Part shown: positions 11,892-23,528 of the stretch, piece by piece | How positions within the stretch are numbered: position 1 is the stretch's first letter | How the letters are laid out: every line of letters starts with the position of its first letter | Source of the DNA: Octopus bimaculoides | Lineage: Eukaryota | Direction: 5' to 3' | Assembly (NCBI RefSeq): GCF_001194135.2 | Contig: NC_069001.1 | Coordinates: forward strand, 10,616,259 to 10,649,501 | DNA length: 33,243 nt | The notes under the pieces: generated by a model | The model's input: only the letters and a program-made list of their open reading frames with translations | What the model was told of the DNA's origin: nothing | Databases searched by the model: none | Translations under genes and position numbers: made by a program

Positions 11892-13837
11892 CTCAACAAT
11901 AATGGTGCTTTCATACCGANNNNNNNNNNNNNNNNNNNNNNNNNNNNNNNNNNNNNNNNNNNNNNNNNNNNNNNNNNNNNNNNNNNNNNNNNNNNNNNNN
12001 NNNNNNNNNNNNNNNNNNNNNNNNNNNNNNNNNNNNNNNNNNNNNNNNNNNNNNNNNNNNNNNNNNNNNNNNNNNNNNNNNNNNNNNNNNNNNNNNNNNN
12101 NNNNNNNNNNNNNNNNNNNNNNNNNNNNNNNNNNNNNNNNNNNNNNNNNNNNNNNNNNNNNNNNNNNNNNNNNNNNNNNNNNNNNNNNNNNNNNNNNNNN
12201 NNNNNNNNNNNNNNNNNNNNNNNNNNNNNNNNNNNNNNNNNNNNNNNNNNNNNNNNNNNNNNNNNNNNNNNNNNNNNNNNNNNNNNNNNNNNNNNNNNNN
12301 NNNNNNNNNNNNNNNNNNNNNNNNNNNNNNNNNNNNNNNNNNNNNNNNNNNNNNNNNNNNNNNNNNNNNNNNNNNNNNNNNNNNNNNNNNNNNNNNNNNN
12401 NNNNNNNNNNNNNNNNNNNNNNNNNNNNNNNNNNNNNNNNNNNNNNNNNNNNNNNNNNNNNNNNNNNNNNNNNNNNNNNNNNNNNNNNNNNNNNNNNNNN
12501 NNNNNNNNNNNNNNNNNNNNNNNNNNNNNNNNNNNNNNNNNNNNNNNNNNNNNNNNNNNNNNNNNNNNNNNNNNNNNNNNNNNNNNNNNNNNNNNNNNNN
12601 NNNNNNNNNNNNNNNNNNNNNNNNNNNNNNNNNNATATAGATATATATATAGATATAGATATATATATATATATAGATATATATATATATATAATCATAT
12701 CCGCATAACGATCAAGTGAATATGTATGTGTGTGCGAATATATATTATATATAGGTATGTGTACACGAGACTGCTCATTCACAAGGCAATATCTTCTGTA
12801 TTGAAACTACATAGATATTTATTAATTTGTACGTATACTATCTATTTCCTGATGCATATGCTCCTTTTGCGGATTATATATGTGTTGGCACATGTATAAT
12901 ATGCTCACATACGCATATATATATGCATTTATATAAATACACACACACATACACACATACATACATATATATATATATATATCCCCCACCACCATTTTCC
13001 TGCCTCTTTTATACCTGTTTTTTGTTTGTTTGTTTGCTCCTTTTTCCTTTCTTTTTATAATCCTTGTTTGTTTTCGGAATATATTGTATAATTTTGCGTA
13101 TATTATTTTTTTTTTTTTTTTNNNNNNNNNNNNNNNNNNNNNNNNNNNNNNNNNNNNNNNNNNNNNNNNNNNNNNNNNNNNNNNNNNNNNNNNNNNNNNN
13201 NNNNNNNNNNNNNNNNNNNNNNNNNNNNNNNNNNNNNNNNNNNNNNNNNNNNNNNNNNNNNNNNNNNNNNNNNNNNNNNNNNNNNNNNNNNNNNNNNNNN
13301 NNNNNNNNNNNNNNNNNNNNNNNNNNNNNNNNNNNNNNNNNNNNNNNNNNNNNNNNNNNNNNNNNNNNNNNNNNNNNNNNNNNNNNNNNNNNNNNNNNNN
13401 NNNNNNNNNNNNNNNNNNNNNNNNNNNNNNNNNNNNNNNNNNNNNNNNNNNNNNNNNNNNNNNNNNNNNNNNNNNNNNNNNNNNNNNNNNNNNNNNNNNN
13501 NNNNNNNNNNNNNNNNNNNNNNNNNNNNNNNNNNNNNNNNNNNNNNNNNNNNNNNNNNNNNNNNNNNNNNNNNNNNNNNNNNNNNNNNNNNNNNNNNNNN
13601 NNNNNNNNNNNNNNNNNNNNNNNNNNNNNNNNNNNNNNNNNNNNNNNNNNNNNNNNNNNNNNNNNNNATATATATACATACACACATATATATAATATTT
13701 ATATATATATTCATATGTACACATATATATGTACATATACATAATATATATACACACATACATATGCATACATATATATATATATATACACAGAGAGATA
13801 TAAATATAATATATGCATATACACATACACACACATA

Positions 13838-13880
<43 letters not shown>

Positions 13881-14007
13881 CCACATGTTCCTAGATAAAT
13901 ATTATTCTCACAGCTAAAGCTATTCAAATAAGAAAGAATGTGTGTGTGTGTGCGTGTGCGTGTGTATATCTGTGTGTAAGTGTGTATGTGAGTTTGTGTG
14001 TGTGTGT

Positions 14008-14044
<37 letters not shown>

Positions 14045-14054
14045 NNNNNNNNNN

Positions 14055-14096
<42 letters not shown>

Positions 14097-14189
14097 GTGA
14101 TTGTGTGCCAATGCCCGTAAATCTCTATCCAAGCCAAAACATCTCAGTGACATCGACTACACCGCTAAATATATACACATGCATGTATG

Positions 14190-14221
<32 letters not shown>

Positions 14222-14293
14222 CGTGTGTGTGTGTGTATGTATGTATGTATACGTAGTACATAAATACACATATATATATATATATTTATATAA

Positions 14294-14342
<49 letters not shown>

Positions 14343-14997
14343 TGTGTCTGTGTGTTTATGCATTTATATATATATATATGCATGTAATTGGACATACACG
14401 CATATGTATATATTGTGAACGGACAAAATGACCATCGTCCAAAGCAAGTTTTTATTAACATCAGCAAACAATCTGGGGTCTTAATCAGTTTTTTTTTTCG
14501 TTTTCTATTTTAGTTTTTTGTGTTGTCTTTCTTCGCAGAGGGCCAGATATTCTTCATGCTTCAACTGGTTTCAGATACGCCTGGAATGGTCCGTATCTCA
14601 TATGTCCTACACTAATCAAACCCTTTTCACTAGCCTTGCATTTTGTTCTATATATATACATGCATTAATATACTTATGTATGTGTATATATACATACATA
14701 TATATATATATATATACATATATTATACACACAAATATAATCTCATATGTTCAGATGTATATATATATATATGCATCTACCTATCATTATATATATATAT
14801 ACATATATANNNNNNNNNNNNNNNNNNNNNNNNNNNNNNNNNNNNNNNNNNNNNNNNNNNNNNNNNNNNNNNNNNNNNNNNNNNNNNNNNNNNNNNNNNN
14901 NNNNNNNNNNNNNNNNNNNNNNNNNNNNNNNNNNNNNNNNNNNNNGTGGGTGTGTGTCTGTGTCTGTGTGTGTGTGTGTCTGTGTGTGTGTGTGTGT

Positions 14998-15035
<38 letters not shown>

Positions 15036-15279
15036 GTGTGTGTGTGTGTGTTGCGATATAGTCTTGTGGGGTCTGCGGCGTGCACGTGTGTATGTGGGTT
15101 TGCTATTTATATGAATAAAACTTGTTGCCTCTTTTCTTACATTCAGTAAGGACAGAAGCAACTTGGAAGGATAACAACACTACCATTCATGACACCGATA
15201 ACAGCAACAACAGCAACACCAACATGAGCCGCAAAAATAACACCACATACTAAAGTATTATCTATACAATATCAACCAA

Positions 15280-15497
15280 GGTCGGCGAGGTGGCAGAAAC
15301 GTGAGCTCCTCGGACGAAATGCTTCGCGGGATTACGTCCATCTTAACGTTTTGAATTCAAATTCCGCCGAGGTCGAATTTGCCTTTCCTCCTTTCGGGGT
15401 CGATAAATTAAGTACCAGTTGCGTACTGGGGTCGATCTAATCGACTGGCCCCCTCCTCAAAAACTTCGGGCCTTGTACCTAGAACACAAAAGAATAT
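15280..15497 (+). mobile_element. family O SINE, full length
   Basis: GGCGAGGTGGCAGAAACG head, GAATTCAAATTCCGCCGAGGTCGA, CCTTTCGGGGTCGATAAATTAAGTACCAG, GGCCTTGTACCTAG tail. Confidence 0.9.
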
Positions 15498-15708
15498 TTT
15501 TTTTATTATAGTGAGTGATTTAAAATGTAACAGGTTTCGATGTATTCATCTTATTAAATATTAAAAGGAATTTTTCTGGAAGTCAAAGAGAACGAAAATG
15601 GGGGTTTACAGTTTGTACCCATGTTTTAAATCATAGTAAAATTCTACTTTAGAGTTACTTCTTATATATGTTTTGTCTCCGTTGGTTTAGCGTTTGTCTC
15701 CGTTGGTT

Positions 15709-15752
15709 TAGCATTTCGTCCGGCCTGCTAACGATTCTACCAGCTCACCGCC
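15709..15752 (-). mobile_element. family O SINE head remnant
   Basis: TAGCATTTCGTCCGGCCTGCTAACGATTCTACCAGCTCACCGCC; preceded by a 21-bp tandem duplication at 15672-15712. Confidence 0.75.
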
Positions 15753-15756
15753 GTAG

Positions 15757-15967
15757 TAATAATGATAATGGTTTCGAATTTTGGCACAAGGTCAAACATT
15801 TTGGAGGAGCGGATGAGTCAATTACACTGACTCCAGTATTTCACTGGCACTTGATTTATCGACCCTGAATGGATGAAAGGCAACGTTGACCTCGGTGGAA
15901 TTTGAACTCAGAACGCAGCAACAGAAAAATGCTGCTAAGCATTTCGCCCGGCGTGCCAACGCCGCCT
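15757..15967 (-). mobile_element. family O SINE with (ATT)n-type tail
   Basis: TTGGCACAAGG, TTATCGACCCTGAATGGATGAAAGGC, GGAATTTGAACTCAGAAC, GCTAAGCATTTCGCCCGGCGTGCC. Confidence 0.9.
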
Positions 15968-15972
15968 TAATA

Positions 15973-16062
15973 GGAAGAAGAAGAAGAAGAAGAAGAAGAA
16001 GAAGAAGAAGAAAAAAAAGAAGAAGAAGAAGAAGAAGAAGAAGAAGAAGAAGAAGAAGAAAA
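15973..16062. repeat. (GAA)n microsatellite
   Basis: Directly visible; explains the poly-Arg and poly-Leu ORFs in the track. Confidence 0.97.
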
Positions 16063-16380
16063 AAGGCCTGTAGCTTTCGCATAAGTCCACCGTGGGGCAC
16101 ACTTGAATACAATATAGTGTCTATAATTTATGGATGAGTAATATATTCTGTCTCTTCTCTCTCAGGTCAAACTATGTTAGGGATGTTAGTATACGTATAT
16201 ACATATACATACATATATANNNNNNNNNNNNNNNNNNNNNNNNNNNNNNNNNNNNNNNNNNNNNNNNNNNNNNNNNNNNNNNNNNNNNNNNNNNNNNNNN
16301 NNNNNNNNNNNNNNNNNNNNNNNNNNNNNNNNNNNNNNNNNNNNNNNNNNNNNNNNNNNNNNNNNNNNNNNNNNNNNNNN

Positions 16381-16420
<40 letters not shown>

Positions 16421-17699
16421 CATATATGTGTGTGTATAAGCATACGTTCACATATGCACATATGAAAACTAAACACACACATAGACAAATACAATCACAC
16501 ACATCTATATACGTATGTATATCTATCTATATATATATACATACACGCATACACAAACACACACACCCATACACACACTCATACTCACACACACACTCAC
16601 ACACACACACATACACTAACAAATTGATGCATATACGCACATCTACATTCACATAGTTATTTATGTCCACATGTATTTGTAGACATACGTAAGTGAACAT
16701 GGTTGACACGCAGATATACCTCCATGTGCACATACATACACACACACACACATAAGGATGCAAAGATAAAAATAATTAAATATGTACACAAAATAAATTA
16801 TCTTCCGTGACAAATACTAATAGGATGCGTTACCGTAATCTTATTAAAAGTGAATATGAAATATTAAATATCCCTCATGATAGAGATAAATATAATCTTT
16901 TACCGACTTATCCTGTAAGTAATACTTTAAATTCCTTCGCATATAAAAATAATGCTAAACTCTCTTTTACCAAATCTATTAGTCCCACTACAAGTAATAA
17001 TTATAGTTCTGTGAATTACAATAAAGATGATATATTCAATAGGAAGACCTAACAGCCAAAGTTTTTACTGCGCCTCCAACCCGAAGTAATCCAAGCTCTA
17101 ACACTAATAAAAATCGCGGTAGTATTTCAAGTATTGGTAGGAGTAAACAGTATGTTTAAATATATTTTTCCCTGTAATTTGTCTGCTAAGGCCTTCTATC
17201 ATTGAATACTAATGGATGAAATGCAAAATGGAATATTATTTTGTATGACGTTCTATTTACGTTATCTTTCATTGTCCAACTATTCTTTAAGGCTTTTAAG
17301 GGTAATTATCTACCACAGCATAAATACTAGCAAATATCAAACAAGTCTACCATTAAACGTTCTTATTCTACAACACCTAATTTAGCCTCCACAATAACAA
17401 TCACTATTTGCTCTAAATGACACAAGTATTATATACATTCTAAATGCACCCCAACAGTTAAAGATTTACTAATAATTTTCTCTCTCAATGTGTTAGTTCT
17501 GATTGTATGCATTATAATCGTAACTGTTACAAGAGTATGAATTCTAAAAGTAATGTTAACGTAAATAAAAACAATACGAACAATGATAGTGCTGATAATG
17601 ATAAAAAATAATTGCTTCAAATTTTGTTAGTTTAAAGAATTATTATTAATTGAACTTTTAATTATCGTGAATGTGTATTTTTATGGCGTACTTGTTCCG

Positions 17700-17855
17700 A
17701 CTCTGAAAATTTCGAATTAACATCCGGCTTTGTCAGTCTTGCCGTTCATCCTTTTCGGATTGATAAAACGAAGTCCCAGTCGCGTTAATGGGGTTTGTTA
17801 AATTGACTTCAATCTTCTCAGCAATTTCCTGGCTTTATATCTATGACGGAAACAA
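17700..17855 (+). mobile_element. highly diverged family O SINE body
   Basis: TCTTGCCGTTCATCCTTTTCGGATTGATAAAACGAAGTCCCAGT is a decayed version of the family central motif. Confidence 0.55.
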
Positions 17856-18211
17856 CTATTGCCATTGTAGTTATAACCAAGACGACGATGGGTAGACGAG
17901 CTTAACTGGGGAAGTCCTTATTTTTGTCTGTTAACACATCCGCAGTGGACAACAAAGAAGCATGAAAGTTTGCTGATGTTCTTGTCAATTTATTATTGTT
18001 CTGTAAACCTATTTATCACTGTACGTTTCTTTGATATGAAAAATGATATTCAACCTCCTGTCTCTAATCGTTTGGATGCTAGTCAGTACCTCCTCTACTG
18101 TTACTTCTTGACTAAAATGATAAAATACGGAGTGAAATTTCAGGTTAACAAGAGCCAACGTACAAAATGTACCCCGGGTTAAGAGAAAATGATGTGAAAC
18201 ATATTTTTGGA

Positions 18212-18491
18212 AATCCTCTTAGCCCCTTGTGGAGCATAGGGCCTGTTTCCCGGTTTCCATAGCGTATGTGTTCCCCCCTAGCTGGACGTCACGCCAGTCC
18301 ATCGCAGCTTTTTATTCAAGAAACAGGAAGAAAGAGTGAGAGAAAGTTGGGGCGAAAGAGCATGACAGGGGTTGCTACCACCGCTTGCCGGATCCTCGTG
18401 GAGCTTTAGGTGTTTTCGCTCAATAAACACACACAACGCCCGGTCTGGGAATCGAAACCGTGATCCTCCGATCGCGAGTCATTGCGCCTCC
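18212..18491 (-). mobile_element. tRNA-derived SINE with V-domain-like segment (family V here), copy A, RTE-like tail
   Basis: Reverse B-box GGGAATCGAAACC (18447-18459), body homologous to 29966-30270, minus-strand CTGCGATGGACTGGCGTGACGTCCAG resembling the V-SINE conserved core. Confidence 0.8.
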
Positions 18492-19289
18492 ACGAAACGT
18501 ATTTTAATTTGTACGTTTTCTTTCAGCAAAAACTTTATTATCTTTTTGAGTGAATTTACTTTGAAACAGAATTCTAAATTATCGAATTCTTGCAGACTCA
18601 GTTAGAGGTTGTTCCTTTGTAACTTTCTACCACTGAATGGATAAAATAGCCAGAATTCTTCTTTTGAAATTGTTCTACAGAAAAAAATGTTGCATATTTT
18701 TCCCTTCTTTTGAAGATATCTTTACCTGCTATCGCTTTGTTTGTTTCCTGAATGTTTTTTTTGCACACACGGATTCGAAAAACCAGTTTGTTTTGTTCTT
18801 CCACGCAGCAGCTGTCCTATTTTCACATATCCTGTCAAGTCTCTATTATTTATTAATCCTTTTCACTTTCGATTCTCTAAAAATTCTGGTTTCCTTTTCC
18901 TTTTGATGCTCCCTCAAGGTTCATACCAGATATTTCTCTTGTATCACTTGGACACCATGAAAAAATTCTCGTCGATTAGCACACTGCTTGTAATTTTTCT
19001 TCACATTCTTTTAAATAATTTTATTATAAATAAGTTTATTCTAGGCAATATCTAATATTTACATACTCTATAACCTGCTGCTGTGTCTAACACTGCATCT
19101 TCTAAGATCTATACACTCTCGCATATTTTCCTGCTTTAGGATAGAGAGTGTTACTGCAAGCGTCATGTCTTCGAAAGACGGAAAAGTGTAACTCGGAGTA
19201 AAAGAAATATCCACTTGCAACTCACACACACATCATAACCATTCAACTAATCGCATTTCTACTACCGTTCTTGTGATTAATATACTCGT

Positions 19290-19384
19290 CCCACTCGTCT
19301 CTTTCTCTCTCCTCCTTCTCTCTCCTCTTTCTCTCCCCTTTTCTCTCTCTCCCCTTCTCTCTCTCTCTTCCCTTTTCTCTTTTT

Positions 19385-19421
<37 letters not shown>

Positions 19422-19495
19422 GCTCTATGTCTCCCTCTCTGTCTTTAACCCTTTATCTCCCCTCTCTCTTTCTCTTTCTCTCTTTCCCTCCTCAC
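19290..19495. repeat. degenerate (CT)n polypyrimidine tract
   Basis: Directly visible. Confidence 0.85.
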
Positions 19496-20139
19496 CCATA
19501 TTAAGATCCCCATCCAAGTTCCATACTAGAGTACGGTGGCCTTCGAGAATTCCCTCCTTGTCTTTATTTTATTTTCCAGCAGCCACCAACTTGTAACTAT
19601 TCAAGCGGAACATTAACCGCGTCGATGGACACAGATCCTTCCCCAAGACTGAACCAATTTATATAATCTCTCTAATTTTATTTAATTTCGAAATTAAACA
19701 GTTATTAGAAACACATGAATGAATGTCGGGGAAGTCTGAGAATGTAAACTAAAATAAATAGAGGAATATTATTGACATTGTATTCTCAATGACTCTGTGA
19801 ATAGTATGTTTCTTGTGTTCTCAGGGTTAGCGAGATATTTGATAAACGGTTATTTTAATAGAATTGGACGCAAGCGCAGAATTTGAATTAACGTTTGAAG
19901 AGTCGTTATACTAAAAGCGAAAAGCTTTGGTAAATGTCAACGGAATTTCCATTTCACGAACTATATTAATAACATTCAGCATTTAAGAACGGGAAATTAA
20001 TGAATTAATTGATTTGTATATATATGTAGAATCATGGAAATGATAAGTGGAGTTTCTAAGGTATACAAATGAGAAGGCGAGAGTGAGGTAGACAGGAAGT
20101 GTGTATGCGGAAAAGTGAATTAGAGACGGTACGTAGGAA

Positions 20140-20857
20140 GGAAGACCAATTGTGTGAGAGAGATAAGGGATAGAATGGTAAGAGAGAGAGGGAATGAGAA
20201 GGAGAAGGGGAGACGGAGGGAGAAAGAGAGACGGAGGGAGAAAGAGAAACGGAGGGAGAAAGAGAAACCGAGGGAGAAAGAGATACGGAGGGAGAAAGGG
20301 AATAAGAGAGAGAGAGAGAGTATATGTAAAAGAGAGAATAAGATGAGAGTGAAAGATACTAGTGAGAGTTACAGCTCGGTAGAGAGATTAAAAGTAGCGG
20401 ACAGAAACCAATAGGGCATGAGAGAGAGAGAGAGAGAGAGAGAGAGCAAAAATAGACGATTGGAGCGAGAAAGGGAGAGTGAGAGTTAAAATGAAGGAGA
20501 GGTGAGAGGAGTGAAGTTGGGAAATTGAAGGAGAAATGAGAAAAGAATGGGGAAGAAATGCAAGAAGGAAAAACTAAAAAGGGACAAAAATGCCAGGAAA
20601 AGGAAAGAAGCAGAATAGAGAGATGAGAGAACGAAATAGTTGAAGGGTTAAAGAAAAGGATGAGCTGAAAGAAGAGGAAAGAATTGTGAACGAATGAGAA
20701 AGAGTATGGAGAAGAGTAGATGAAAGTAAGGAAGGGGAGATAAGAGGAGATTGGGAGGGAAGGAGAGAGAAGAGGAAGAGAGAGAGGAGTGTTGAAGAAA
20801 AAGAGGAAAGAAGTATAGAAGAGATGAGTAGAAAGAAGTTCTGAAGGGAGAAAAGGA
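20140..20857. repeat. long polypurine (GA-rich) tract including an 18-bp ACGGAGGGAGAAAGAGA(G/A) minisatellite x5 at 20213-20298
   Basis: Directly visible. Confidence 0.85.
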
Positions 20858-20942
20858 GAATTTGAACCCAGAACGTAACAAAAGACGAAATACCGTTAAG
20901 CATTTTGCCCGACGTGCTAACGATTCTGTCAGCTCACCGCCT
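20858..20942 (-). mobile_element. family O SINE 5' half
   Basis: GAATTTGAACCCAGAACG...AAGCATTTTGCCCGACGTGCTAACGATTCTGTCAGCTCACCGCC. Confidence 0.85.
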
Positions 20943-20952
20943 TACAGGTGAC

Positions 20953-21041
20953 AAATATTCTTGTCTACTCTAAACACAGGGCCCGAAATTTGGGGGAAGG
21001 AGGGGGCCAATCGATTAGATCGATTCCAGTACGCAGCTCGT
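20953..21041 (-). mobile_element. family O SINE 3' half, cut by assembly gap
   Basis: TCTACTCTAAACACAGGGCCCGAAATTTGGGGG...GGGGGCCAATCGATTAGATCGA matches the reverse complement of the tails at 5250-5304 and 15430-15497. Confidence 0.85.
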
Positions 21042-21892
21042 NNNNNNNNNNNNNNNNNNNNNNNNNNNNNNNNNNNNNNNNNNNNNNNNNNNNNNNNNNN
21101 NNNNNNNNNNNNNNNNNNNNNNNNNNNNNNNNNNNNNNNNNNNNNNNNNNNNNNNNNNNNNNNNNNNNNNNNNNNNNNNNNNNNNNNNNNNNNNNNNNNN
21201 NNNNNNNNNNNNNNNNNNNNNNNNNNNNNNNNNNNNNNNNNNNNNNNNNNNNNNNNNNNNNNNNNNNNNNNNNNNNNNNNNNNNNNNNNNNNNNNNNNNN
21301 NNNNNNNNNNNNNNNNNNNNNNNNNNNNNNNNNNNNNNNNNNNNNNNNNNNNNNNNNNNNNNNNNNNNNNNNNNNNNNNNNNNNNNNNNNNNNNNNNNNN
21401 NNNNNNNNNNNNNNNNNNNNNNNNNNNNNNNNNNNNNNNNNNNNNNNNNNNNNNNNNNNNNNNNNNNNNNNNNNNNNNNNNNNNNNNNNNNNNNNNNNNN
21501 NNNNNNNNNNNNNNNNNNNNNNNNNNNNNNNNNNNNNNNNNNNNNNNNNNNNNNNNNNNNNNNNNNNNNNNNNNNNNNNNNNNNNNNNNNNNNNNNNNNN
21601 NNTATGTGTGCGCGTGTGTGTGTGTGTGTGTGTATGTATACGTAGTCTGATCAATAAGTATCCGCACTGTTGCCACCGTACCGAAACTAAAGCATGTAGA
21701 TCAAAGCCGCTTGGTACAAATTGACCTTAGACTCTGCAGTGCATGCGCACTAAGTTTTAACGTTCAAGCTTACTTCTACTGCTGACAGCAGTGTTTGGAA
21801 GTAACGTGTGTAGACAGAGAAAGTTGGGTAGAGAATCTGCGTCAGGTTATGCCAAAAGCCTGTCGATACCTGCTCAAAGGCCTACGTAGAGG

Positions 21893-22290
21893 TTTCAAAA
21901 CGTTTTCATCGTTCTCGACACAATCAAGGACTTGGAAACCCGTTTATTATTTTGGTCAGCTGAAAGTCGTTTAGGCACAAACTTGGCAGACGAGTGTCTC
22001 ATACCCAAATATTCAGCGATAATGGACTGAACTGAACCGCAACTAATCTGCCCATCCTCTGATAACTTACAGACAGTGAATTGACGATTTCCCCTCACAG
22101 CCGCACGAACATCTCCGTTGTTTTTTGTCAGTTCTGCTGGTTGCAGGTCTTCCAGAACGTTCGTAAATATCGACATTTTTTTCGCCCGTCTTGGATACGT
22201 CTGAACCTCTCGTACACATGTACGCGGCTCATACACTCCCCTTCCTACTGTTTCTACGACTTTGCGTCGGCCACTGAGCAGGTGTCACCA
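21893..22290 (-). pseudogene. mariner transposase N-terminal (HTH + linker) remnant, unit 1
   Basis: With frameshifts: ECMSRVHVYERFRRIQDGRK / VDIYERSGRP / VRAAVRGNRQFTVCKLSEDGQISCGSVQSIIAEYLGMRHSSAKFVPKRLSADQ / VLDCVENDENVLK. RSGRP and the AKFVPxxL (WVPHEL-equivalent) linker are mariner hallmarks. Confidence 0.9.
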
Positions 22291-22321
22291 TGACAACTCT
22301 CTCTCTCTATCTCTCTCTCTT

Positions 22322-22371
<50 letters not shown>

Positions 22372-22732
22372 CCTCTCTCTCTCTCCCTCTCTCTCAATGT
22401 GACGATCACACACCTGCCTTCCAAGCAATGCTGTAAAGAGCAGAAGGGAGCCGGAATGTTAAAACTTAGTGTGCATGCACTACAGAGTTCAAGGTAATTC
22501 TCTGCGAAGTTGCCATCGTACCGAAACTAAAGCACGTAGATCAAAGCCGCTTGGCACAAATTGACCTTAGACTCTGCAGTGCATGCGCACTAAGTTGTAA
22601 CGTTCTAGCTTACTTCTGCTGCTGACAGCAGTGTTTGGAAGTAACGTGTGTAGACAGAGAAAGTTGGGTAGAAAATCTGCGTCAAGTTATGCCAAAAGCT
22701 TGTCGATACCTGCTCAGAGGCCTACGTAAAGG

Positions 22733-23130
22733 TTTCAAAACGTTTTCATCGTTCTCGACACAATCAAGAACTTGGAAACCCGTTTATTATTTTGGTCAGC
22801 TGAAAGTAATTTAGGCACAAGTTTGGCTGACACGCATCTCATACACAAATCTTCAGCGATAATGGACTGAAGTGAACCGCAACTAATCTGCCCACCCTCT
22901 GATAACTTACAGACGGTGAATTGACGATTTCCCCTCACAGTCGCACGAACATCTCCGTTGTTTTTTGTCAGTTCTGCTGGTTGCAGGTCTTACAGAACGT
23001 TCGTAAATATCGACATTTTTTTTCGGCCGTCTTGGATACGTCTGAACCACTAGTACACATGTACGCGGCTCATACACTCCCCTTCCTACTGTTTCTACGA
23101 CTTTGCGTCGGCCACTGAGCAGGTGTCACC
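22733..23130 (-). pseudogene. mariner transposase N-terminal remnant, unit 2
   Basis: RGNRQFTVCKLSEGGQISCGSLQSIIAEDLCMRCVSAKLVPKLLSADQ; duplicate of unit 1. Confidence 0.9.
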
Positions 23131-23160
23131 ATGACAACTCTCTCTCTCTCNNNNNNNNNN

Positions 23161-23224
<64 letters not shown>

Positions 23225-23464
23225 GTCCTGTTCAATGTGACGAACACACCTGCCTTCCAAGCAATGCTGTAAAGAGCAGAAGGGAGCCAGAATGTTAGAA
23301 CTTGGTGCGCATGCACTGCACAGTTCAAGGTCATTCTCTGCGAAGCGGCTTTACTCTGTGTGCTTTAGCTTTGCTACTATGGCAACAGTTCGGATACTTA
23401 TTGATCAGAGCCCGTGCATACATATATAAATTTATATAGGTATGTGTGAACATATACAAGTATA

Positions 23465-23528
<64 letters not shown>

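Larger units (their letters stand above)
21641..23414. mobile_element. compound foldback mariner: two inverted 5' ends with an internal 840-bp tandem duplication
   Basis: TA|CGTAGTCTGATCAATAAGTATCCG at left; CGGATACTTATTGATCAGAGCCCG at right (ends 23414); units 21670-22509 and 22510-23345; transposase N-terminal remnants on both strands. Confidence 0.85.

Noticed and set aside
15822-16137. Poly-Arg and poly-Leu ORFs
   Set aside because: SINE plus (GAA)n microsatellite.
18598-19055. Overlapping short ORFs
   Set aside because: Multiple stops on extension, no family motif recognised.
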